Below are positions 35,604 to 47,610 of a stretch of DNA of 64,000 bases, piece after piece. How positions within the stretch are numbered: the stretch's first letter is position 1; each line of letters begins with the position of its first letter. The translations under genes were made by a program, and so were the position numbers. The notes below the pieces were generated by a model, which was not told where the DNA came from, ran no database searches, and saw only the letters and a program-made list of their open reading frames with translations. Source of the stretch: Podarcis cretensis (lineage: Eukaryota); NCBI GenBank assembly GCA_951804945.1, contig OX638158.1, positions 18,476,001 through 18,540,000 on the forward strand. Reading direction: 5' to 3'.

Positions 35604-37164
35604 TAGTGGGTTATGGCCTGATCCAATGTGGGTTGCAACAGGAGCACTACCACCATGCAAATATATGGTAAAAGATTAAGAAATTCATCCCGAATTGCAT
35701 GTTTGGGTTAAAAGTTGGTCCTGGGACTGAAAAGGTTGTAGTTACATGGTTGAAACCAACCCATACAAAGCCATCATCCATGCTCCACCCAGAGGCCAAC
35801 CAAGGTAGTGAAGAATAGAACTGAAGGGAAGTAGTTCTGGATTCCTGGCACCTCTATTTAGGACTAATAATTGTTTTATTTATTTATTTATTTACATTGG
35901 ACTAATATGGAGGAGCAGTGAGTGGATAGGTTGTTCCATGGCTTTCTGAACAGACTGTCATGGAAGGGGAGAGGGAAGGAATTATGCTTTCCTTGGCGGT
36001 GGTCTGAATGTCCCCTAAGGAAGCCAACCTCACACTTTGAAATTTGTTGGGTTTATTTCTAACAAGATGGTAGCTAATGCTCAACCATTCATTCTCATCA
36101 CATAAGCAGCCTTATTTACATAATTATGTTTAAAAATGCAATAGTTTACACTTGATTTATTTGTTCCAGCAGTAGGCAGGACAGGTCTATTGAATCACTC
36201 ACGGGAAACCTACAACTCCGGGGAGTCAATCAATGCTTTCGTGAGTCTCTCTCTGTCCCATAAATTATGAAAGATTATTAAAACACTGTCAAGTGCCTAA
36301 TTAGTACCTTTAGTGTTCTTATTAGAACTCAATAGCTTTTCTTCAAACCGTTAATGCTGATTATTATGAAAACGATAGAGGCATTGTTGCAAACCATAAA
36401 TGAAAATACATTACTATTTGGTAATTATGAAAAAGAGGTGTTTTCCCCCTTTCTGTCTTTTGCCTTCACCACAATCTGCCACAGGTCCTTCTTTCCGACA
36501 GTGGTAGGTTCCACTTGGGCAAATGCAACTGTTAAACAAGGGGTGACATGCTTAATCAGTTTGGCCTATTCTGACAATAGGAATGGAGGCAAGCGATATA
36601 AAACAATTAGCATTTTGCCCATCTTTCTTACTATGATTTATGACTGCACAATTATTTTTCTTGCTTTTCCATGATTAAAGCCAAAATAGATTGTTTTTCC
36701 TGCCTCCATGAGATGAAATTGGCTGCTCATTACTCAGATAAATTGAAAAATAAAATGTGAATGATTATTCCACTTGGGATATACAGGGGTATCATGAAAT
36801 TACAGCTTGCTGTAGGAATCATATTCTCAATGTTATCTGGGGTCCTGAATCTCCTGTTTAAGGGCTCATATTTCATAGCTCTTGCCCACAGCTGCTGACA
36901 GAAAGAAAACAGGATTGTGTACTCTGAAATCAGACTTGGCTTAATTCACCTGCCATACAGAGCAGAATTGGTCCTGTGTTATGTTCCATCTCTTCTGCAC
37001 TGAATTGTGCCACCCCCTGATTTCTCCTCTGTTTTGTTCAACCATTTATCTCCTCTTATTTTAATCTCTTTAATCACATTTGTTAGTCATTAGTTCCCCC
37101 AGTCCAGCATCACCCAAAGTTACATACAACATTTTTAAAAAAGCATAAAACACTATATCACAAT

Positions 37165-37517
37165 TAGGGATGGGCAAATCTATCAATTTCAGTTTCTCAT
37201 TTTTCCAGGCTTAAGCTTAGTTCTCCACATCTCCACAACGGTTTCTTTCTTTAAAAATCCTCATGAAAAATCATCAGCATTTGAGTGAGAATTTGTCCTA
37301 ATTACACATTTTTCCTATGCAATTTTGCCAAATATACACAGTTTTGCAAACCAATTTTCCCTAATAGAATTCATCTTTGTATGTTATTTTCATTAATATG
37401 CACACTCTATCCTAGGGTATGCACTGTTGGTTTGTGCATTGTTTCAGCAAGTGTGAATTTGCCAAAGTGTGGTTTGCCTTTAAATACAAGCTGAATCAAA
37501 TTTATGCCCTTTCCCTA
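37165..37517. mobile_element. Old hAT-type MITE with TAGGGA termini
   Basis: Ends TAGGGATGGGCA / TGCCCTTTCCCTA. Flanks ATCACAAT / AGCACAAT (7/8 TSD match). Confidence 0.65.
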
Positions 37518-40044
37518 AGCACAATACAATTTCATTCCATCACATCTCCCTTTCTTGCAGCATTCAGCTGCTGTCCTCTGTCTCTTCAATCTTTTGCAGT
37601 ATTCAACCTGTCTTATCCTTTGCCTTAAATTTAAATCCTCCTTGGTCCCTTTGCCTATCCTTTCCATGCCAGAAACTTTACTCTCATTCCATACTGACAC
37701 TTATTTTCCTTGGCTGCTCTACAGAGCTGGAATACTCCCCCATCCAACAGCCACATGGTTCCTCCTGTTGTTTTATTTTCCGAAAATTGCTTTTGTGGAA
37801 AAATAAAATAAAAATCTCAGGCTTTCTGATCTCATCTCTTCCTCCTTTTGTATCATGTTGCATCTTTAGACTGAGCTTGAAGGTAGAGCCTGACTACAAA
37901 TCTAATTCTGTGTAGTACATAACTGGTGTATATGCACTCGAAATAGATCTGTTGTTGTTAGGGTTCCAAAAGCAACACCACAGTGCACATTCATTTTTAT
38001 TTTTATTTTTTTGCCATAAGCAGATAACCATTTTATGTAGAAAAGATTATAGAGGCAAACTGAATGTACACGGTGGTCAATGTAGGTTTTGCATTAATGT
38101 TAGCGACCAGCTTAGTACAAAGTCAGTTTTAAATCTAAAGGGTGAACATTCCTGAAGAAATTGCAATAATCAGCAAGAGTATTCTGAAACCATATTAGGT
38201 CATTTCTGAGCAGATCTTTTTTTAAAAAAGAAAAGAATTATTTAGCTTTCACTATTTGTATTGGGCCAATGTTTTCATGTCCTTCTAGATCCTTTGCCAG
38301 TCTGTGCTACAGACAGAAGTGAGACCAGTCACCAGCAGCTACATGCTGAATGAAGTCAGGAGAAGTGATGCTTGATCAAGATTCTCCCATGCCTCATTAT
38401 TAAGTTTCTGGAACTGTTTCTTGTGCTCCCACTTCTGTGAGAAAACACACATACATGACCACAGGAAGTTATCATTCCAGATCCTCATTCAGTGCACTTC
38501 CAAATGTGGAATATTCATGCATTTGGGCTTTGTCTTTTGTATTCCAAGCACTTTGATTCAGCACACCTGAAACCCTTTTGGCAATGCAGGTGAGGAAACA
38601 GAAAGTGCATTAGCAAGAACTTGATTAAGGATGCACTTCACCTTGAGAAAATATCATTAGTGTTTCGGTACAACAGTAGCTCTTTCCGCTATGCTAGGTT
38701 CTACAAGTTTATGGGAGCTAGTGATTAGAGTGGCGATAATCGCATGGAGTGTGTGTTTTACTGGTGGTCAGCGCTCTTGATTTCAAGTGGGTTTTACGAA
38801 CACATTCCTTGCAGGAGTACATTTAGGATGCTCTCCGCTGTAAAAAATAAAATAAACCCACAAAACTTTAGAATAACAAGAACCTTATATGTTTTGTGTA
38901 TCTGAAATGATAGACTAAAGAATTAGTGGGGTCACCATAAGTGATAGAGTCAAAATGACAGGCGTTGATAGGATCAAAATCCGGTCAACCACACCAGACC
39001 TTTTGCATGTGAGGTTTGCTTCCTTTCCTTTGAGTATAACATTACATTATGCAACCAGAAGTGTGGGAAGCTGCCATCTGGAGTCACCCGTAATCTTTTG
39101 ACTAGGTCATTGAGCTCTGATCCTGAATAACTTTTTGATGCATCCCCAAAATGCAATGCACAAAGCATTTTTCCAGTTTTGAGATTCAGCATCAGACTTC
39201 AGTTCTATGCCAGCAAAGATTCACTTAGCTTCCAGAGACATTCTCTTTCCTTGGCTTCCAAGCCTGGAACATTTTCTCTCTAAAGTCACTGCAGACAGAC
39301 AACACTGTTATCTTTAAAAAATAAAATAAAAATAAAAGATTCTGACTTTTGGGGGGGGATAGTTAAAATAATTTGAAAGTTTTCATTAGTCATCACTATA
39401 ATCTGGAAGGAAGTCGAATGAGGAAGGGACACTTGAAAGCAGCCAAGCAGTTTAAAGGGGCTGGGGTGGCACATCAGTATCTAATTTTTGGCCCTTAAGC
39501 CTCTAACTTTGTAGCAGCTAGGGATTCTGACGCTGACTCTTGTACTGGCTGATAAGTTAAGGAGTTTCTGGTCACAATCCTGTCTCTCTAAAGTGAAATA
39601 GCCTCAACAGCAAAGCAGTGATTTGTTTGTTTTGTTGCTTCACTTTTCATTCCCAATAAACTTTTTGCTGACTTGGAGTGGGGGGGGGGGAGGTTTGCTC
39701 CCTTTAAAACAGGGTCTCTTGACTGGCTGTTCCTGCCATGCTTGCAAAGGTCTGCTTTTTGTCAGTGTGTTTCTGAAACTATGCAATCTTCACCCTGCAT
39801 CCCCACCCCCAGAAAGTATACTAGAAACTCCCCATCTCCATTTCAATATGTTTTCTATATTCTTGAGCTAGAGATCTGTTCCAAATGAGAAGGATTTGGC
39901 AGAATTCAATATGAAACTGCCTTTTGCTGTCGACTCTGAATTACAGCAGCACCCTAGTCCTGTGTTTAAACTTGGTCATAAATGACCAGGACTTAAGGGT
40001 GAGCAGTGAAGTGACCAAGTGATGATGCCAGGTTGCTCAGGGTG

Positions 40045-40340
40045 GATGGATTGTGAGGAGCTCCAAAAGGATCTCTCCAAACTAGGTGAATGAGCATTAA
40101 GCAAAAAAATTCTGGTTCAGTATAAAGTGATACACATTGGGGCAAAAGATCCTTACTTATATACATATACAGTATATGCTACTGGGGTCTGAAGTGGTAG
40201 TGAGTGACCAGGAATAAGACCTTGGGGTCATAGTGGATAACTTGATGAAGATGTTGACCAGTATGGGGCAGCTCTGAAAAGGGGGAATACTGTGTACAGT
40301 TCTAGTCACTGCATCATTGAAAGGATATTGCACAGCTGGA
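40045..40340 (+). mobile_element. Decayed CR1 ORF2 fragment
   Basis: GATTGTGAGGAGCTCCAAAAGGATCTCTCCAAACTAGGTGAA translates to DCEELQKDLSKLGE, followed by KVIHIG and DLGVIVD motifs with stops and frameshifts. Confidence 0.8.
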
Positions 40341-40854
40341 AAAGATGCTGAAAAGGGCTTAAAACCCTATCCCTGCTGTCCTTACTCTTCAGTATTACAC
40401 TTCCAGAAGACCTGGATGGAAAAATTAATCTGTGGACAAATGTGTCTATGTGTATATTGTGAAGAGTGCAGGAGTGAGAAGGCAAGAGAGAGAACAGGTA
40501 GGAAGAAAGAAAAACCTTGCTGTTTCTAAAACCACTGCTTAGGTTATCTACTCCCCTCCTCTTTTGAGGAGTGTTTAGAAAGCATCTTAGCAGAGTTCAA
40601 TCTTAGTACAGTTCTTCTTTTGTATACTGGTTTTCCCCCACCCACCTCAAATTAAGATAAGGTTTTTCACAACAAATTGCTTTAAAATGTGTGAAGATCA
40701 GAAGATGCATGACATAATGATCTGGCTTTTTTAAAAAGGGTATATAAAGGAGAAAATTTTAAAGTAGTAGTTGAATGGCAATGAGATACAGATAATACAG
40801 TTAGTGATAATTACAGCTTAAATAGGTATTCAGTGGGTGCACCTTTTACAGTAG

Positions 40855-41210
40855 CAAATGGGTACTTCTTACACAGTCATACTTTTGATTCATCTAGGTC
40901 ATGGACGTCTAACTTCTAACAGACTGTGATCTACTCACAGTATTAAAAAACTGGCAGTGATCAGCTTTTTTTAGGAAGCCACAGTTGTCGTCGTCCCCCA
41001 AAGATCTACCAGGATCTACCAGGAATACCCCACGATCTATCAATAGATCATGATCTACCTGTTGGACATGCCTGATCTAGGTCAGCACTGTCTACACTGA
41101 CTGACAGGAGCTCTCCAGGGTTTGAAACACAAAATATTCCCAGTTCTACTTGGAAAAGCCAGGGATTGGCTTGTGACCTTTTCCATGCAAAGCTGATACT
41201 CTGCCATTGG
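40855..41210 (-). mobile_element. Decayed Squam3-like SINE interrupted by a hAT MITE
   Basis: Removing 40900-41082 restores ...CATCTAGGTCAGCACTGTCTACACTGACTG..., which is homologous to 29190-29220. Confidence 0.7.
40900..41074. mobile_element. hAT (Charlie/Buster-like) MITE with GATCTAC repeats
   Basis: Perfect 8-bp TSD ATCTAGGT (40892-40899 and 41075-41082). TIRs CATGGACGTCTAAC / GTTGGACATGCCTG (10/14 match). Several internal GATCTAC motifs. Confidence 0.8.
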
Positions 41211-41277
41211 ACATGCTCTGTTTACCTCTAAGTTCTATGTTTCTTACATTCTACCTCTGGCAGTGCAATTCTATATG

Positions 41278-41482
41278 TAACTCAGTTATAGAGAATCTGC
41301 TTTGCAGGCAGAAGACCTCAAGTTTAATTCCTAACATCTTCAGGTAGGAGAGCAGGAAAAGACTCCTACCTGAAACCATAGAGAGTTGCTGCTAGCCTGT
41401 ATGGTCAATACTGAGCTAGATGGACCTCATGCCTGACGCTACATAAGACAACTTCCTATGTTCCTGATTCCTATATTCCTAA
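41278..41482 (+). mobile_element. Squam3-like SINE
   Basis: tRNA-like head, then CCTGAAACC..GAGAG..GCTGC...AATACTGAGCTAGATGGACC and a (TTCCTATG)-type tail. A more decayed copy lies at ~51194-51362. Confidence 0.8.
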
Positions 41483-43328
41483 TGTCTGCTTTACCCCTGC
41501 AAATCCCTATAAGGTCATACAGAACATAGGCTATGTCTAGGATCACAGAGAGAGGGTGAAAAGCCAATGAAGGAAATAGTAACATTTGTTTTAGTTTAAC
41601 TATATGAGGCCAGGAGGAAGGGTTGTCACTTGAGAAGGAAAATGAGGGGCCTGATACCCTGTTCCCAAGGGTCCCCAGAAACCTGGAGCTGGCCCTGCTC
41701 AATGCATTTTATTTTGAAGCGACTCATTACATATTTGTGCAGGCTAGGGACCACTACTGTGCATGTATATGAAAAGGACTTGAACATCTCCCAAGATAGA
41801 CTGGAGCCAACTAAACTCTAAACACTCGGGAGGTCTGACCTTTCAAGTGGCAAGTGGCAAGTGCTGGATGGGAACTCTGAAAAGAACAGGCATTCTTCTT
41901 AGACATGAATTAAGGGTATTCCATCACAGCATCTATCTCCATTTAGAATTAACTGTGTTTTAAAATAAAAACATTTTAAAGGAATATACTGTAACATGTT
42001 TCCTCAGATAAATTCTGAGACATTGCTGTTATGTTATATTCTCATGGGTAATGTTATGCTCAGGGTATCTCTAAAATATTAAATGTTTTCCCTTACGACT
42101 GGAGCTGTAGTTTTTGTTTGTTGCAAAATATTTGCTACAGGTAAGCCACATTTAGGTTTGTTACTACTCCTTATTTGCTACCGGTAACCCATGTTTCCTG
42201 CAAGATGGCACTTCCATTGCAAGAGTTGCATTTTCCAAGCATTCCAAGCACTGTGCATTTGATAAATTAGCATTCATCTCCAAGACACCATAGCCTTTAC
42301 TGATGGGTTTTTCTTTACATGGAAAGTGTTTTGTACAAGTGGTCACAGGCAGCTGTTGGATACTGACTGTGACTGAGATAAATGGTGATGACGAACTGAC
42401 CATGCACATGTCTCCCCTGGTCCATTTTAAAATATCTTAGTTTCATATATTTTTAATGCTTTAGAGAGGCTGATCGCTCCCTTGTTGGACTTTTCCTGAG
42501 TGAGAGCATTTATCTAGCCTTTTAAAAGAAAGCCAGTGTAGGCACATATATCCTTACTCAACCATGAAACTCAAGGGGTGGCTGTGGGCAAGTCACTACT
42601 TCATAGGGCTACTGTTAGGCTGAAATATTTTCCTGGACTCCTTAACAGGAGGGCAGGATATAAATAAATTGTTTCACCAATTTAGCTATCTTAGCTATCT
42701 TTCTTGCATACAGGGACATAGTATTGAGAAAAGGCTAGAATCCCTTATTTGTTTATTCTTACCATGGAGAATATATATATATGGTGAATAGATTTTTTTT
42801 TTTAACTCAAATGTCCCTATAAGGATATTTCACTTCATTTTTGTTTTCCATTTTTATTTCTTGGCACTCATTAAGATGAAAGCAAAAGACAAGCATAAAT
42901 CTTGAGGCAGCCCTCAATGCAAAAACTGTCCCTGAGTTCCTGGCATCTAGCCCAGCTTTCAGACTCACTTTGTGACAAGTGGTGCTTTCCTGAGCTAGAA
43001 TTTATCCGTCTACCTTGGATCTGTGGTCTGGTGATGGAAGGAAAGAGATTAGATTGCCTCAAAATACTTTTACTCTGTGTGTGTGTGACTCACAGGAGTC
43101 ATTTTCTGACCAATGGCAGCAAACAAGACAACATCCCAAGAATTTTTAGACTCAGAGATCTGGAGTTGAGATATTACAATCAACAGTCACACATCACTCA
43201 GCTCCAACTAGGCTAAAAAGTTTGCCTCCCTCACACTTCAGTTTTCTGTGTACGTGGAAATTCATGCATCCATGGGAAACAGAAACATTCTGGATTTGAC
43301 CATATTTAGATGACTGCATTTAGAACCA

Positions 43329-43535
43329 GTGTGGTTTAGACTTCAAGTGATGGATTAGGACTTTGGAGAGCAGGGTCCCTACACAGCCATGGTGCTTATT
43401 GGGAGACTTTGGGCCAGTCATGGTCTCTCACCCCAGTGTACTCCAACAGGGTTGTTGCGAGGACAAAACAGGGAGGAGGAAATTGTGTATAATACCTTAA
43501 GCTCCTTTGAGGATATAAATGTAATAATAAATAAA
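43329..43535 (+). mobile_element. CORE-type SINE, decayed
   Basis: GACTTTGGGCCAGTCA...ACAGGGTTGTTGCGAGGA...AATAATAAATAAA is the forward version of the 23490-23700 family. Confidence 0.65.
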
Positions 43536-45051
43536 ATTAAGGACAAAAACAGTACTTCTTCACACATTTTTTTTCTCATTTTATGTTTCCCCAAGTTTTT
43601 TATATTCTGTAGGGGATAGCCAACATTCATACTCAAAGTAAATCCATTAAAACCGATGAACTTAAGTCTATTGACTTCAACAGATCTACAATGAGTATGA
43701 CTAATGCTGAATATCACTCATTATGTTGATTAGATTATGGTCCTTTCGGTGACACTAATCAGCCACAATAAAATCCACCAATCATCTTTCTTTTGGATGT
43801 AATTGCTGTAATCTACTCAGAGCATGTGGGAAAGGTTAAATAACTATACATAGGTTTTTTGTGGTGGCAGACTTTGCTTGCCCAAGGAAGTCAGGAAAGG
43901 AAGATCTCAATTCTCCTATTGTTTTTCTTCAAGTTTTCCTACCATCTGGATTATTTTATTCTTTTATTGCTGTTGCTGCTTGCTGATTTGCTCATGTTAT
44001 GCAACGGTTTAAATCTTGCATCTGTTTTTCTATTTTCTTTGCATACATTTGTTATTGTGGATTTATTCATTTATTTAGGCATTTCCATACCACCCATCAA
44101 TCACGTCCCCTATTTGAGTATAGAGGTTTCCCCTGTAAATAGGTGATCAATATATTAAATTAATGCTAATAAACAAATATACCAATCTACGCACAATGAG
44201 AACATTAATGTGCATATTGTGGGTGGGTGGTAATATGATTTAAAGCATCTAGCACTGGAAAGACCCATTGATTTATTATCCATTCCTGGAATGGTTATTC
44301 CTTTAAGAATGGGTTTCATGGTACTACAAGAATTTGTTCAACAAAACCCCTCTTTGCATCCCGCACACAATAATGGTCATGGTCAGACAACCATGTTAGC
44401 TCAGGTTTGAGTGCTGGTGGGGGATTGGTAGGGGATCAGCCACAATAAAACCCACCCACTGACTGAAACATGCTCTTCCAAATTCACACCACGACCTGAC
44501 AATGTCATCTCCACCTGGTTCCAAGAAGGGCTTGTAATAATATGAATAGAGCAGATAAAGAAACATGGGTTGCTTTTCAGCCATGGCAGCCTGAATGCAA
44601 ACGGCAAACACTCCTTCCATGCAAGTGGCTTCAATAGCTCTGTGGTATCCCTTTTCAAGGCTACATTTTCATCCAAAAGTAAAAGGTAAACATTTCTAAA
44701 AGGAATTGTCAGTGCACAGTGAATTTACCCTAGTGCAACTGCTGCTGTATTTCCACAGCTGTCAAAGGATATTCTACCATAAACTATTGTATTTTGTTCC
44801 AAGGTTCAATCTTTAACATATGCCGTTAATAAGGTACTTGATATTTTACAAATCAGTTGTTTGAATTAAGGAACAAGTGTCACTCAACGCTGAGCATATT
44901 CTGTGCGTGCAAAAGGTTCCAGATTCAATCCCTGGCATCTCCTAGAATGGTTGAGCATGACTTGCTGCTTTCTTAAAACAGGATTGCTTTCCTAGGCTGT
45001 AGCTATGATGAGGTCAAGAGCTGCTTTTTAGAATAAGGTATCCATAAGGAA

Positions 45052-45406
45052 GGGACATGGGTGGTGCTGTGGTCTAAACCACAGAGCCTGAGGCTTGCCG
45101 ATCAGAAGGTCGGCAGTTTGAATCCCCACAAGGGGGTGAGCTCCTGTTGTTCGGTCCCAGCTCCTGCCCACCTAGCAGTTCAAAAGCACGTAAAGTGCAA
45201 GTAGATAAATAGGTACCGCTCCAGCGGGAAGGTAAACGGCATTTCCATGTGCTGCTCTGGTTCAGAAGCGGCTTAGTCATGCTGGCCACAAGACCCAGAA
45301 GCTGTCTGTGGACATACGCCAGCTCCCTCGGCTTATAGAGCGAGATGAGCGTGCAACCCCAGAGTCGTCCACGACTGGACCTAATGATCAGGGTTACCTT
45401 TACCTT
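45052..45406 (+). mobile_element. Full-length Sauria SINE (Squam1)
   Basis: tRNA-like head (GGTGGTGCTGTGGTCTAAACC...GTTTGAATCC), diagnostic body and (ACCTTT)n tail. Perfect 13-bp TSD TATCCATAAGGAA (45039-45051 and 45407-45419). Confidence 0.95.
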
Positions 45407-45670
45407 TATCCATAAGGAAATACATTTTTCTCAAAGAACTGGGGATATAACTACCCCATGGTGGGTTTGAGAGGGTAGGATGTGCCACTTTTCCAAGTCC
45501 TATACTCAAAACCTTATAATTCTACTCAGTGTTACTGAATTCAGAAAAACTACTTCCTTTCTTTATGATCGTAATGAAGATTAGGATCCCCACTTCAGCC
45601 ATAAATGTTCATTGGAAGAAGGTGGAAGTGCTAAGCTTTGCGAGCACAGCAAAGTTGGTGAAGGGTATTA

Positions 45671-45815
45671 TAGAAACATAGAATTGTACAGTTGGGAGGA
45701 ACCCCGAGAGTCATCTAGTCCAACCCCCTGCCATGCAGGAATCTCAACACACGGTTCCCCCATCCAATTTGAAACCATACCAGACCCTGCTTTGCTTAGC
45801 AAATGTGCTAGCAGA
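45671..45815 (-). mobile_element. Probable 5S-rRNA-derived SINE with CR1-type tail
   Basis: Minus strand AAGCAGGGTCTGGTATGGTTTCAAATTGGATGGGGGAACC resembles the 5S internal control region. It is followed by the CR1-like GATTCCTGCATGGCAGGGGGTTGGACTAGATGAC...CCAACTGTACAATTCTATG. Confidence 0.65.
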
Positions 45816-47241
45816 ACGAATTAATCCATCTGGTGAACTTGGGTATGCATCTTAAGAGTATTTTACCCACTGAGCTGCAATGAAGACTGATAACCAAGGA
45901 ATACCCCAACTAGGCCATCACCAAGTACTTGCTCCCAGTGGTAGTTGATGCCCATTGGGACTGGAAAAATGGAAGGCAGGGAATTCAAGTAAATGAAACC
46001 AGAGTCAACTAATTCTAATTTTGTTCCCACCCTTCTCCCCACTGAGTTCTATAAGGGTGACACTGAGATCAAGGAAGAGGAATCTGACAACCACTGCCAC
46101 TCTTTTGACTGGTTGGAGGCAGGTGGAGTCTGGCTGAGGGCAGTCTGAGATTGGAGAGGCAGTGTTCCACTCACCATAATGGAGTAGCCTCCATTGCTTT
46201 TTTTCTTCTCTGTTTCCTCTCACACTATGCCAAAATAACCCAAACCCCTCAGTCCTACAGTGTGGATACTGCTGGACAGGTCTGTAACTATTCCTTTCCA
46301 ACTCTGTAGCCTTTAGCTCACCAGCCATTCTATGTAAAAAATAAATAAATTCCTGAGTAAGAAGATCTATTCACAAGCCTGAAAACTGCACTAGTCTTAT
46401 GCACTGAATTCAATATGAACTGCATCACAACCAAGCAGTTGCCTGTTTTGTATACTATACATCAAAATTGATTTTCAGACCTTGTGTACAACACTTCATT
46501 GTGGGCTGAAAATCAATCTGGCAATGCAGTAGAGCAATCAGATGATTGCCTGGTCATGTAGCAGTTATAATGTACATTGAACTTGCCATGAGACTAGGAC
46601 CAATTTTTAGTCAGACAACTACAGTTTTAAACTGTAAGCATAAAAACAGAATTTATCCACTGAGTTTCCTTTTTCGTAGAGCATTTTCTAGGATTTTTTT
46701 CACATGTCCACTCAATATTTTCTTCCAGTCCTGGTGACTACGCACATAAGAGGTCATTATAAAAAGGGGGGAAAGAGATGCCTGCTTTCATTTGTTATGC
46801 CCCACCCTTTGGATACTTCATATGGGAGCAAAAACTGCCAGAACTGAATGCCAGTTTCTGGCCTTTTGAGTATAAAAGGTGTATGGTGTGAGGAGAGAAA
46901 CTAAGACTTTAAGGCTACTTGGGAATATTCACAAGCCTTTGGTAAGCTTTATGTTCACTGAATGTTCTTTGACATATTTTAAATGTTAGTGGTGCAGTGA
47001 TATAAAATATATATTATTATTGTGATGAAGCTGGAAGGGACACTGAGGCAATTTGCCTCTATGCCCATGCCGGCTGGTATGACATCATGCTCAAATGTAC
47101 AAAAGCAAGCGTGTTTCTGCTTTATAAGCAACAGTGGTACAGAGAAGGAAAAAAGATGAAGGAAAGTAGAATGAAATCTCAAAAGATGGTTTGTAAGACT
47201 GAGGAGGGAAGAAAAGACTATGCTCCTTTATGATGAGTTGG

Positions 47242-47610
47242 CAGGGGTGACCCAAAACATTTTAGCACCTGAGGCGAACCTCAAAATGCCCCTCTCCCTG
47301 CTGGGAAAGAAGGGGTGAGTGAAGTTCTACATCAGGAACAAGGGAGGAATAAAGGTCCAAATCAGGAACAAGGGAGGGGAAATCAAATGAGCCTCATTAG
47401 ACAGTTGAAGTGTAAATTAAAGGTCATCGCAGGGGTAAAACCAGCCTGCTCTGAATCATGCCAGGTGGATGCAGAGCCCAGGATGTAGAGGGCAGCCCCC
47501 ACCATGGTAGCAATGGATGATGCATTCCTTGGAGGCAGGATCTGCTGCCCCTGTGGAAAATCGTGCCTCAAGTGGTCGACTCATCTTACCTCATGGGTGG
47601 GCCAGCACCG
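47242..47610. mobile_element. hAT-type MITE
   Basis: Perfect 8-bp TSD TGAGTTGG (47234-47241 and 47611-47618). Imperfect TIRs CAGGGGTGACCCA / TGGGCCAGCACCG. Confidence 0.8.

Noticed and set aside
45753-45800. 5S rRNA gene
   Set aside because: Only ~45 nt of similarity, diverged, and fused to a retroposon tail.
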